64,000 nt of DNA from Lepidodermella squamata (taxonomy: Eukaryota; Animalia; Gastrotricha). Numbering within the stretch: position 1 is the stretch's first letter; each line of letters starts with the position of its first letter. The notes beneath the pieces are model-generated. The model did not search any database. It had not been told where the DNA came from and saw nothing but the letters and a program-made list of their open reading frames with translations. Position numbers and translations under genes: made by a program. This document shows, in pieces, positions 10,420-23,500 of the stretch. Location: positions 992,001 through 1,056,000 of the forward strand of contig JBLDXI010000015.1 of assembly GCA_047495785.1 (NCBI GenBank). The letters run 5' to 3'.

Positions 10420-10891
10420 TTCTGAAATATTGAAAAACATGAAATTTTCAAAAATTTGAATATTCAAGGAATAATACTAAAATTTGAATAATTAAATAAA
10501 GCGACGAAAAAATAAAAAATTAAATTTAAAATGTCTGGAAATCGAAAAATTGAAATATTAAAAAAAGTTGAAAAATTACCTTTAAAATATTTTAATATCA
10601 AAGTAATTGTGAAAATGAGGTGACTTGCAGCAGGGTTTACAACACTTCTAGCACAGAATTCCTAATGCGGCTACCTCATGGAGGAAAATGAGAATGAATG
10701 AAGTGAGAAGTAACATTTTGGAAGCTTCTCACGGTACAAACACGTGTCTGAAAGTGGCAAATACACGAGTCTATTCCACGCGGAATTTGCGTGAAATAGT
10801 TCAGAATTGAGACAATTACATCACGTATTTCCCAGAAATAAAAATCCACCTTAATTGAACTTTATTCTTCGGAAAATACAGGCTTTTTAAA

Positions 10892-12730
10892 TTATAATTT
10901 CGCCATCATGGTATCAGTCGAATTTCCATAGCAATCAAAAACAAAAATAATCGCATTTATCGGTACCGAGTTGCCATCGCCACTTAGAAGTAAATCAACA
11001 GTTTTAATCGCCAGTGAAGAATCCGAACATTTGACTTCAAAATCCGACAATTTCAATCCTTTCGCAGAACTAGCGAGATTGATCCGATTTCCATTCATTT
11101 CGACCCGGTCATAAGAGGCTTTCACAGCTGCGCCATTAGTCAGAGTGAAAGTCGCCTCGACACGCATGACTGCTTTCGGAATTTTCGCCAACTCGTTCGA
11201 AATCGACAATCGGGGCAGCCGGCATTTCGCGTCGTTTTGGCAGAACAGTGATTTTTGCTTGAAATCAGTGAAGTGGAACGTCGTCCCATTTTTTCCGCTC
11301 GAGTGAATCGTCGCGAAATTGTAACTTGAATTGTCAATTTTTACCAATTCCTTCCTTGCGAGGGAATTAATAAGTCTCGATGGGCTTCCCAAACCGGAGA
11401 AGCACTCGTAATCAGTCACGGTCATGGTTGATTTGACGCGAGAGGTACCGCGGCCTTTTTCGATGAGGCGATTGACGGTTTGACGGACGTAGTCGACAAT
11501 CAATTCGGCCGTAAAGGTGTGAACGGCCTCTGCAGCTCGCTGTTCAATATCTGAAAACCATAAATTGAAAAAGTTGAAAAAATTGCAATTTTCAAAAAAA
11601 ACGGAGGTCGCGCTTACTTTGCGAATTTTCAGAAATTCCATCAGCTTTGAGCTCAGTAGCGCAAAGTATAGCCATCGGATCAAAAATCGTCGCATCGAAC
11701 TCGTTGAAAATATCGAAATTCGCAGATTTCTCCTTATTCCCACACAATTTTTTCAGATCAGCCGGTTTTTTCGCAATTTCAGCCAAATTTCGAAAATCGA
11801 TATTGAAGACGTGCGCGATTGATTGCTTCTTCGACAGCTGCTTCAGCAATTCCTTGAAGGTTGGGTCGAATTCCGAAGTAGAATCGATGAAAATAACGTC
11901 GTAATTGTTGCGATTCGGCATGAATTCATCCATGCATATCGGTAGTAAATCGTGAGTTGTTGCAGAAGTGGCGTTGAAGCCATATTTATCGCATTGGACG
12001 GGCAGCCCGAGTTCACCGATAACTTTCGTCAACCAACCGCAAAATAGGTCGAAGTAATGGTGGTCCTAAATATCGCAAAGTGATTTTTAGGAAATTCTTG
12101 AAAAAACATTGAAATCATGGAACTTTATAGAACTTGAAAAATGCAGGTGAAAAATCAAGAAAAGTTATTTTGAATTCGATTTCCATCTATATAAGATACG
12201 GATATTTTTGCGAAAAATTTTCACGAATTTTTCAAAATTCAAAAAATTCAAATAGAAAATTTCTGAATTTTTTCAAATTCGGTGAAAATAATTCGAATAA
12301 ATTTTTTGATAATTTTTCAGACCTTTATTGGGACATAATTTCCGCTGATAGCTGCCATTTTGAAGCTGCGAAGTTCGTTTAGCAAATTCCGCAGCCAATT
12401 TTCACGTGGCGGGTCGAAAAGGCGAAGAAACCCTCGTTCCAATCCGACTTGATCGCCCTTCGCCGCAACGGCATTGTCGTAGAATTGGTTGTAGACGAAA
12501 TTGTAGGGTGACCTAGCGACGTGTTCGAGCAGCGGAACGAGGAACGACTCGAGGGGGCTCTTTGTCGACTTGAATCGGTAATAATTCGTGAATAAATACG
12601 ACGTGCTCGGCCGGTGGGCGAAATAGGTCGTGAAATCGTAATTCGACAAATGGTAGATGCTGGCAAGGGCGCCGATTAACAGCGTCGGCACAACTAGAAA
12701 TATTAAGAAACGATTTTGCGATACGGTCAT
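10892..12730 (-). CDS. Uncharacterised type II membrane/secreted protein, 3 exons (~12730-12323, 12065-11618, 11550-10892)
   Basis: N-terminal hydrophobic anchor (FLIFLVVPTLLIGALASIY). GT-AG introns join three ORFs in phase (PIK|DHHYF; NSQ-N|IEQR). No family recognised; start approximate. Confidence 0.65.
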
Positions 12731-13001
12731 GGTTGAAAAATGAAATGTTGTTTCAAGATTCGTAAATGAGTGAATGAAAAAAGGTGACACGCGTTGAATG
12801 ACGTCAATTGAATTGAAAAAAAAATCGCTGACAATAATACTTGATCACCACGCGCGATTTTCAGCGAAAAAAATCCAATTTATTTGGTGCTGAAATTTCA
12901 GGAAATAATTAGAATTTTCAAAGCTTAAGGCAATGATCTCTCATTTTAATTTTAAAATAAATCTTCAAAATTGTGCGATTAATTTAACGATAATTCTGTG
13001 A

Positions 13002-14294
13002 ATACCGATTTCAAGTATCGATTTTACAAATCAATGAGTTGCTCGATAGCAGCAGCCTTGGAAAATGTTCTATCTAGCTGATGGTACTCCAGGAAGCTAA
13101 AATAAAAATCCAAGAGTTATTTGGAAATCAATATCGACCAGGAAAATAAAGGTTCAGATCGCAAAAATCGGGGGGAAACGGCGCAAATTGTGGGCTGGAA
13201 CCTAAGCTTAGGTATCCTGACCCTAGAACAAAAACCGGACAGAAATCAGCGATTCGCGAAAGTGGGACACCAAAGATGATAACATCAATGGATTTCATAC
13301 TCAAAAAGGCTAAAATCATGAATTGTAATAAAGGTTCAAAATAATCTGGACCGTTACACCTGGGACGACCTTAGACAGCTTTCGATGAAGATTCAGGCCT
13401 CAGGTTCCAGGTCATGGGATTCTTAAATTATATGTTGAAAATTGGCGATTATTTACGTCTTTTTAAATTCGTTTTTTCTTCCCTCTTATACTTTTTCAGG
13501 CAACCTTATTAGACATTTTTCAAGGTTACTCTTGCTCATTATAAGCTCTACATTCCTATAGAGCTGTATAGTGGCCTAAGAGCCGTGGCGATGATAAAAT
13601 CACAAATTTCTACCCAACACCCTTAACATTTTTATGGCGTGGAAAGGAGCAGTTTACACGAATAACGTGAAGGTTATCAACCTTTTTGCAGCTTCAGTAT
13701 TTACCAGCCAAAAATTACAAGTGTTATTTGAATTGCCGCGAGGCTAAATCTAGCTGAGAGCAGCTATACTCACTACTCACAGCAAAAAAATGCATGGGAA
13801 AACGCGAGAAAGATCTTTGATATGAATTTTAAGCTAACCGCTGCCCACATTTGCTCAGCTTTAACCTCTGCTTTGTACATTTTCACTTAATTTTGCAGTT
13901 TTAACATTCCAGGCGTATTTTAGTTCCAGCTATAGCTATACAAAGCGCCAAATAAACCTTCAACCAGTTTTCTTCTCTTTACTTTAATCCAAGCTTGGGC
14001 CACTTCAACTTCTTTCAAGGATCGCTCGAAACAAAGAGAGAATTACCCCTTTCTTTATCCTTAAAAAAGGTCAACATATTGGCACCACTAAAAATGAGAT
14101 TCTACCCGTAAAATTGGCACTAAATTTTTTTTCATTCTTGGCGATTTTTGGTTTGTTGAACCTCGGATATTTCCATTTTGGCTACTTGGCGCCCTGGGCT
14201 ATCAAAAAAATTATCGAAGTTGGTTTCGAGACGGTTGATATCGGAAAAATCACTCATTCGTAAAATCGATACTTGGAATCGATATCGGCTCTAC
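13002..14294. mobile_element. Candidate non-autonomous DNA element bounded by inverted ATCGAT-rich termini
   Basis: CGATTTCAAGTATCGATTTTACAAATC at ~13006 is inverted relative to 14237-14294. Related copies at ~18590, ~36980 and 54203-54260. Confidence 0.45.
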
Positions 14295-17200
14295 AGGCTG
14301 ATGTATAACTCCTAAACTGATCATTCATAGCACAAATTACTAAAATGAAGATCTAACAATGGGCTTCAGGCAAGATAACGAAAAGGTTCTATGGAAGACG
14401 TGAACCTTGAAAAACCATATTTTGGGAAAATGTAGGGCTTCGGGTTTTTGAAGTTCTAGTTCAGTCTTAAAAAATTATTAAATTAAAATGTATTTAAAGG
14501 TTCTAGTTTTGGTTCTTATACGGAACTTGTTCAAAAATGAAGAAATTAACCGAATTCTTCGTTTTTTTCAATATTTTCCAACATTTTCAGTTTTCTTCGA
14601 ATTTCAATCGAACTTAAATGCCCATCATCACTGCCCATTTTTCGGATCGCAATTCAGGTATAGTTATTAGCGATATGGTTATGAATAATTAACCTATAAA
14701 ACTATGGTTTGAGGGCAGCTTTTACACTGCTCATCGCACAAAAAGTGGCATAGTTGTAGCTATGTCGTGGCCGCCACCGCACCAACGTATAGTAGATGCG
14801 ATTGAAGCGCGGCGAAAAAAGCGGAACAATGGCGCGTCGCTGCGGTTTTCGACGCACTCGAGGCAGCGCACAACAAAGCCAGCAGTGGTTCGATAATATA
14901 TTATCTGCTGGCACGGGCCGCCACCGCAAATATTATATATACTTACTCGCTTAGTCCAATATCGCGTGTGATCTATAGGTATTTTATAGCCAACGTCACA
15001 CTCACAAGTAGCTGGTGTCATTTTATTTACTATATTATAAATCGCCGCTTATATAGTAATGGCTCGTCTCATCTCGTATTGTATCGTTATTGTAGCAAAA
15101 ATTGTTGAGTGGTGTGTCATTATTTAGGGTTTAGATGCGTGAGCACCCTTCCGGCTTCTTTTATCCGCCCTCTCTTCTGTGTGTCACTCCTACGCTGCCT
15201 TCGCGCATGAGCAACAACACTATCTATTAACAAACCGCGCGTATCCTTATTTTTTAGGCATTAATATTTAGTGTCCCGAAATTAGCACACAACTCTAGAG
15301 CTATATAAAAGTAACCACAAGCAATTTGAAAATGCCTTAATTATAGCAACTAATTATTGATTTTCAGGACTATTCACTCTCTATTTCGCGACGTTCCCAT
15401 TAACCAATTTTTTCCATAAAAATAGGAATTAAAAAAAATATTTTTATACAATACAATACTAAATGGTGCAGAATTTGAGTGCATTATTTAATTGAGGGCC
15501 ATACTTTTAGTGGAACCAAATTGTGGAATTTTTAAAGAGACTTTTTGAAGCTTTCAAACTTGCGATGAGCTTGCCACCATTATTTGAAATAAACCATCAT
15601 TAAATTCAGCGTAAAATTCTGTAAAAGATGCATTCCTCACTATAGAATTCATGCAATTCCTCAATTTTGTAGAAAAATTTAAAAAGCGACCTTTTGCTTA
15701 CCTAAAACTAGGTTCCGCAAAATGGTTCCGCTAAAAGATATTCCGTTTAGTTGATCTTAAAATTTAAAGGTACATTTTTTAGGAATTTTACTAATTGAGG
15801 TATAATACATGTATAACCTATGAATCCAATATTTCAATATTTTTAGTGGAATTTCCTATGACTGTAAAACTAAGAATCTGAATTTTTTGGATAATTGGGA
15901 AATGCAAACATATTATTTTCTGCCGGGTCGTAGAGTTCTATTTTTCATAATTTTCTATTTTCTTCCAAAGAATATGTCTGCCATGTCACTCTTCCAAGTC
16001 GAGGCTTCTGGATCGTATATTGCGGTTTGCCCTTTATTGAATTGCGGTAATTATCTTATTATTGAAGGCAATTTTCTCAGGTGTGGAAGGTTCGCCTCCC
16101 TTTAACTGGAACAGAATTAAGATATACGAGATTGACATTTTTCATTTGAAATTCTCTGCTGGAAGCTTCGATTTACATAATAGGGTTCCAAAGTTATCTT
16201 TTCTGCCAGAATTTCATCCCGGCCCCTAAAAAATGTACCTTCAAATGATGATGTGTGAATCGCAATTATAACGCCTTGCAATGCTATTCGCTACGTGCTT
16301 ATACTTGAAAACGGCGTTGTGTTTCATAAGGCGTATCATTTTCGTCACATATCGCGCACATTTTTTCATCATCATATCAAGTAGCCGTGAAGAAGATGAT
16401 GCGAGCGCGCACACGCTTAAATGATAATAATAATAATAATAAAATAACACACCGGCGCCTTTTTTATTATTCCTTTCGCGCACTTGCGCGCACGTGGCGT
16501 TGCGACACATATCACTGACTTGTACGCGACCATGAGAGGCCTTTTAACGCTTTGTTATTTCTGCTGATATATATATATATGCATCCGCGAAGAGGGAGAA
16601 CAAAAATCTAGTAGCAATCTTATACACTAACAAATCTTATTTTATTGCACAACATATTATTGCCTGGAAATTCTTTATATGAACTGTAATTTGCTTCCCT
16701 CGAATATTAGCCGAATTTATATGCAAATCGAGGTTGATTCTTGCAGCAAATAGTGTTACGACTTATGTATTACGGCGTATTATAGAAATATCAATGGCAA
16801 ACTTATAGCCATCGATTATTTTCAATTTGGATATTATAAAAAACAATGCTATTAATAATTTTATTTCAAAGACAATTTTTCTTGGAATTTCTAATAAAGT
16901 GGGACATGCGACAACCCCACCGCAAAATCTTAAAATCTGGGCGTTAGAATATTAATTTCCCCCATAATTTAATTAGTGAGCAATTAGAAATTTCAGCTTT
17001 GTAACAGGGCCCATTTTCAGATCTGAGCCAAAGATTTTCAGAATTTTCTAATGAATTTTATGATTTTTTTTCAAAATAATTAGCGCATAATTGTTGCGTG
17101 AGAATTTTTGTTCAAGCTTTCTATAATTGTTACTTGTAATTTTAAGATGATGAAAAGTATCAGCCGAGTGTCCCATCAGAAACGGGAAAACAAGAAAATT

Positions 17201-17549
17201 CACGGAAAAGGGCTAAAAAGGGGGAGGCGAAGTCACAAAGTTAAATTCCATATGCCTTGAAAATTAATTTTTAATATGAAAAATGAAAACTATCAAATGG
17301 AATTAAAAATCCCGATAGTTCCGAAAATATCGAAAAAACGAAACCAGGAATCATCGGTTTTTGCCGGTTTTTCCCCCGTGAATTCTCAATTTTTTCGGTA
17401 AAATTGCTCCGGGTTTCAAAAAATTCTGAATTTTTTTTTTAAAAATTCCGCTATTTTTTTGATTAAAAGTCTTAAAATTCGGGAATTTTTTATTGTTAAA
17501 TTTTTATTCAAGTTCTAGATTTTTGTTGTAAATTTTTAAAATAAAAAAT

Positions 17550-20500
17550 ATGAGTAAAAACTTGGAAAATTTGCCGCATCGCCTGTCGACGGATAGCGAG
17601 ACAAAAATCCGCGCGACCGGCTATAAATACGAGGCGGCACCCCTCGCCGTCATATCAACCAGCCCGTCGCTGGCAAGCAGCGTTGCCGATAACGCAAAAC
17701 CAAGCCCGCAACAGCGCGTGTCCGTTCACTCGAACAACTCGCCAACAACGCCCGAAAAACGGTACCACAACGTGAAAATAGCATCGGACGAAACTGTAGG
17801 CCTGTTGCCTGCTGTTGACGGCGATGATTCATCGTCGAAATGCCCGGCTGATGAGGACATGGTGGAGTCTACGTCGAAGGCTGCTTCGAAATGGCGGGCG
17901 CAGAATCGGCTGAAGAGCCTGCCGATAAGCCGGAATGTTATCAGTTTCAATAGCGAGAATTTGGATGAAAGTGACGGCGGGCATGAACGGCTGCTGGTCC
18001 TGCCCTCGACGCGGTCCTTACCTCTTCACCACAACGATAGCGCTAGCGAAATGGTAAGTGGAAAATTCTGGGTTTTTCTTTTAAATGTTGGAAAATTCGA
18101 GTAAAATTAATTGGAACCACATGCATTCGATGAGACCGAAGAGTTTAATGACCGAAAATTCACGAGATTGTCTGTGCAATTTATCTGGAAACCTTTCGTC
18201 ACTTGGACCTTTTCGCTGTTCGATCCTATTCATTTTCCCATTTAATATATTTTTCATGATTATTCCTCATTTTCGCAAATTTCTCAAGTAATTTTGGGGT
18301 TTTCTTTTTGGTGAATTTGTCGAAAGTTTTCATTTCAAATTTAGAATCTATTAGTACCTTTCCTTATTCTTAAGCAGGATCTTTTATTTTTAGGTTCCAG
18401 CATTAAATCAAAGCGTCATGGTTTTTTTCACTTTTCTCAGTTTTTTATTTTTGATCGATACTCTCTCGCTCTCCTTCTATGATTTCTTTTAGGTTTTTTT
18501 TCTCATCGGAGTATCCAGGTACCATCAGGTATAAGGTAGAAATGTTTTCAATACTGGTTTCCGAAATTTCCGATATCGAATAATCTCTGATTTCCGAAAT
18601 CGATACTTGGAAACGATATTCCACTGAAAAATGGCCGAAAATGAGGCTAAGAGCTCATTTCATTGAAAACTTTCAAGGAGCTTATAGGGGCCGCCAGGGT
18701 TAGCTGTCAAGGTACCCTGCTGTGGTGCAAAAGAAAGCTCTCTATCGGTTATATACAGGCTAAAAAGATATAATTAGACGCTATATAGGGGACGCTTGAA
18801 ATTTGAAACTCAAAAAGCTTACGGGATAATTACTGCGCTTTAACCCTAAATTAAGGGTGTCAATTTAGCATTATAGCGAATTTTTTTCTTTCGCGTTAGA
18901 AATCAAATACGGAAAAAATAGCATTTTCAGGCTTATTTTTCCTAATATTTTGAATTCTGAATTTCTAATTTCTAATTTTACCAATAATGGCTGAAAATGA
19001 CAATACTTCGACTTTTGCGGATAATTTTTTGTTCTACGTTCCAAAATCGCAGCATCGATTTTCACCGGTAATTAAAGAATTTTTATTATTCGTGATTTTT
19101 TCTCCAATTCAATCCTTATAATTATCGCTTCAAAAATAATCCGCAAAATTGTCCAAATCTAGGAAAATCTCTAATAAATCCGTAAATGTGCCATTTTTTA
19201 TCCATTGTTTATACCGATTAGAATAGGAGCGTAGGAATTTTCCGCTCTAGTTGTGCTGGCGATTTTTATTATACTCCCGTTTTATCAATTACAACATGTA
19301 TGTACAAACCTAGAATATTTCGCTTTTGTTCCAATAATAAAACTGACGGAATTAGACCAGCGGCGATTTTTACGATCTCCTTTACAACATTCGATATGCA
19401 AATGTAGAAACAATATAGCTGTACAAGTATATTGTTATTGCTCACCCTGCCCGCCGGCCGCTACTGTGTTTACGCGCATCATCCTTAACAATAAAATAAC
19501 AATAATAGTAATGATAGCAAAACAGTCAGATATATCAGCTGGTATGGTTCATTCACACCTGGTGGTTACAAATATATCGGTGTTGGAAAAATCATTTTTA
19601 CGCCAACATTATTCTCAAATTTCTCGTCTTTTGTCAACATAAAAATGTCTTTTTTTATTTTCCGTGCATATTATTTATTGTTATTTATCATCACGAGCTT
19701 TCAACGAAATGATTTCTGCTATTGTTATATTGAGAGGTCGCGACATAACCGCAATAACAACATTTGTAAAGTGATCCGTTATATATATCATATATATCAT
19801 AAATCATAATAATATATCATAAAAAATACGTAAAAAAATAGTGCGCGTGCGCGGGCCAAAAATATGCGCACGCGCGCGCGCGCGCTTTTTATTGCGTACA
19901 CTCTCGAAACGGTAACAACACGCGTCTACTTAATATACAATACTCATCTACCGGGGTACTTTTCGCTTTTCATCACTTGATGATTATGATAGGGCCCGGT
20001 TATACGCGCGTATAGTAGAGTCGATATCATCTCTCGCCACCCTCATATATATAGCCTCCGTATAAAAGCGCGCATCGTTGCTATATATAGCCCAAGTTGG
20101 TAGTAATGCACGCGAGATAGCCTTCGATTAGCCGCCCAACGGCTACATAACTGCTCGCTGCCAGTCACGAACGCCAGTTTAGCCACTTTCGGTCTAATAA
20201 AAACAAGCCAAACTAGGCGCTTAGCATAACAATGGAGGTAATAAAGCGTAGAGAGAACAAGAAGATAGATTACACGGCGTTTTTTCCTCCAGCCTACGAT
20301 GATTTTTTTCGCCGCCATCATGCGCGCCAGTCCTCTCCAGCCCATCAATAATTTGTTAATCTGAAAAATAGTGGCGTCCTTACAGGGACAAAGCGTGGCC
20401 TGACGTCACGAGCTTTCATCTCATAATAGCCCCTCGCGAGCTATGAGACTAGCAGGGTGCTCAGGGCACTTCTCACTATTGATTCCCATATTATATGTTG

Positions 20501-23500
20501 GAAAAACATCATCATTAATATCCGCTAAAATTACATGATGGCAGAAATTGTCCTCAGCCGCTGTTATATTTACATTTTTCACTCAAGATAAAAGTACAAC
20601 TGGACATTTGGTGTAAAATTTACGTAAATTCATTCGCATCTCGCCCGTCGACATGTTTCAAAATCCGGCGACGATTAACCAGATGTTCGCCAACCAGGTA
20701 TTTAATTTCATCATTTCCAGGCCGTTTAGCCGTTAGACAATTGCATATATGAAATAACTAGGTTTCCCTTTTATTTCTTTTCACACTGACTTGACTAATT
20801 CGAATAATTTTCCACTATTAGCACAATAAAGCTGACAGCCTGCTACCACAGGTAGTCTAGCGGTAATTATACCTCGCATAATTATCGTTCATCTATAAGC
20901 ATGTTTCTTAAATTATCGCGTGATGATACTTTTTCACCTGATTAAAGGCGCTATAACTAATGCAGGATTTAGCTACGCGTAGGGAATATATTTACCCCAT
21001 ATGTTTGCATAGATTGTTACTTCGTTAGATTGCTCTCATCGTAAGCTTTCAAATGACACCCAACTTGATATGGTTTCAAGCTATTTTTGATCGCGTCAAG
21101 TTGAAGCGCGCATCAAATAGTGCGTGACCTAATTTTGTAGTGCGCATCTTTTTATTACATACTGCAATAGCCATTTTTTATTACACCTTTTTATTACTAT
21201 AACCCGCTAATTATTTATAGGTCTACTTATTTTTTGACTGATGACCCCATTTAAATTAAAGCAATGAAGCTAACCTAATAACCGTAGTACTTGTTGACCT
21301 GAGGCTGATTACTACCGGTTGCTCGCCGAAATGAATGCGCCTACTGACCTCCATCAACACGTACCTTTGACTTCGATAATTCAAACCGCGCCTAATAATA
21401 ACCCGAACAGTAGCCCGTATTTGAGCAATCTTCAAAATAGACACGTGTTCTTGTCTAATAAACAGGAGGAGACGTCGGTATCCGGGCTCGGCGGCCAGCC
21501 GCAGTACTTCGAACCGGTTCGCGGCTCGGCGAGTCGCGCGTCTCGCGTCACAATACCCGGTATGCGAAATGCGTACGGCGAGGCCGGTTCGCAGCAAAAT
21601 GTCACCTTTGCGACGCATTCGCAAAGCGGTGGTGCAGGGTACGGCGCGCACTACATGCCGCCACATCAGAGCAGTCTTAGCGACTCAATAGGCGATAACT
21701 ATTACGACGCCTCACCGGCACCTCTTGAAAAAACCTATCATCAAATTAGTACAGAACAGGTAAATGAACGACTCGGTTACAGTAGAATGCTTGTGGTTCC
21801 AATTTGGTTCAAGAGTTTCATGTTCTCAGTTTGCTTTTCGACCTCTTTGGTTTTTTCGACCGACGCGTCTCCATAGCAACGGTTGCTAAGGAGATGTACT
21901 TGGACGCTATACCCTAGTAACCGAACATTCATAGATCATTGGTTGCTAGGGAAAAGCCTCCACTTGATTCCCATAGCTACCAATCACGTTGCTATGGAAA
22001 AGCGTCATTTTCCTTTCCTTAGTAACGCTTTGTATCACTATTCCAGAAATCGAGAGAAAGCGATGAAGCGCAGCAGCAACAAGCAGCTACGTTGATGAAG
22101 AACCTATCTATGTTCCTTGCCGCTTCCGGAGCAAGTTTGGGTGCCGCTCAAGCAAAACCGGCTTCAAGTAGTAGAGGTGCGCCCCATGACACCGAGAAAA
22201 CGAAACGCACGACCAAAACCTATGTCGAAGTTCGAGTTGTCTTTCTGAAAATCGGCGAAATCGATACGCTGAAAGAGGTGCGGTTATCAATTTGCTTTCG
22301 AAATTAGTAAATTTCTGTTTTTTTGTAGCAATATTCCGCAGATGTTTACATTCAGTCGAGATGGCGCGAGCCGACCCTCGATCAAAAATCCCCGGACGAG
22401 TTGAAGACGGTGGATTTCACCAAACTGTGGAGCCCGTGCCTATACATAGAAAACGCACTGTCCGAACAGAAAGATTCCAGCTGGCAGTCGGCAGCTCTCA
22501 ACGATCTCGGTGAAGCGTTTGTTTCGGAGCGCCGCAAACTGCGCGGCGTCTTCCTAGAAAACCTCGAGCTGCAAAACTTCCCCCTCGATGTGCAAGACCT
22601 GTCTGTTACGGTTGTGTCCGAGCGACCCGATTCCGATGTCGAGCTCATACCGGACGAGGAAGATCCGAGTTCGGTCAACATAGGCACGTTTGCCGACGAA
22701 CAGGAGTGGAAGCTCTACCAACACGTTGAAGTTACGAAAAAAACCGTCAAGGTCGAGTTCGCCAACCAGCAACGTCAGCATTCAGCCATTCAAGTTACTT
22801 GCCGGGCTGCTCGAAGGCCTGGTTATTTCTACTACAATGTTTTTCTTGTCATGGTGAGTAAAAACAGACGATTGCCTACGCAACCCCGAGGGACACTTTG
22901 CCGTAGCAACACGGGGCAGAAACGCACTCAACAATGTAGATATTAGATGATTGCATCTTGCATTTCGGGTCTGAAAGTTTAGGGAGGCTATGGAAACCCC
23001 AAAGGACGCCTTTTTATAGCATCGAGGCTCCTAAGCATTCTCAATGATGAGCGCCCCGGGTTCAAAATGCTCTCGTTGCTAAGGACAATCAAAAGAACGC
23101 CATTCCATAGCAACCAAGTTTTTAGGTACTCTTAACTTGGCTTGGGGTGGTAAATCTAAGCATATTGATTAAATAACATGCGGTTGCTAAGGAGAATGAT
23201 TAGACGCTTTATCATAGCAACAGATGATATTGCAGCTGAAAACTGACTTGTGGATTATTTTTTCCAGTTCTTCATCAGTTCCATCTCGTTCGGCACTTTC
23301 TCCGTCGACTGCAGCCTGCCGCAAAACCGGCTTCAGTTGTCATTCACCCTACTGCTGACTTCGATCGCGTTCAAAATGGTTATAAATCAAAGCTTGCCCA
23401 AAATTTCCTACCTGACGTACATGGACAAGTACGTGCTGATGTCGCTCGTCTTCCTCGTGCTCATATGCGTGTGGCACTCTATTGTGCCGTCGTTGTGTGC

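Noticed and set aside
19840-19885. (GC)n alternating tract with Z-DNA potential in the long intron of subunit 1
   Set aside because: Short, with no further evidence of function.
21867-23221. CRISPR-like or tandem-repeat reading of the GTTGCTA motifs
   Set aside because: The context is eukaryotic, orientations are mixed, spacing is irregular, units are only 10-14 bp and there are no cas genes.
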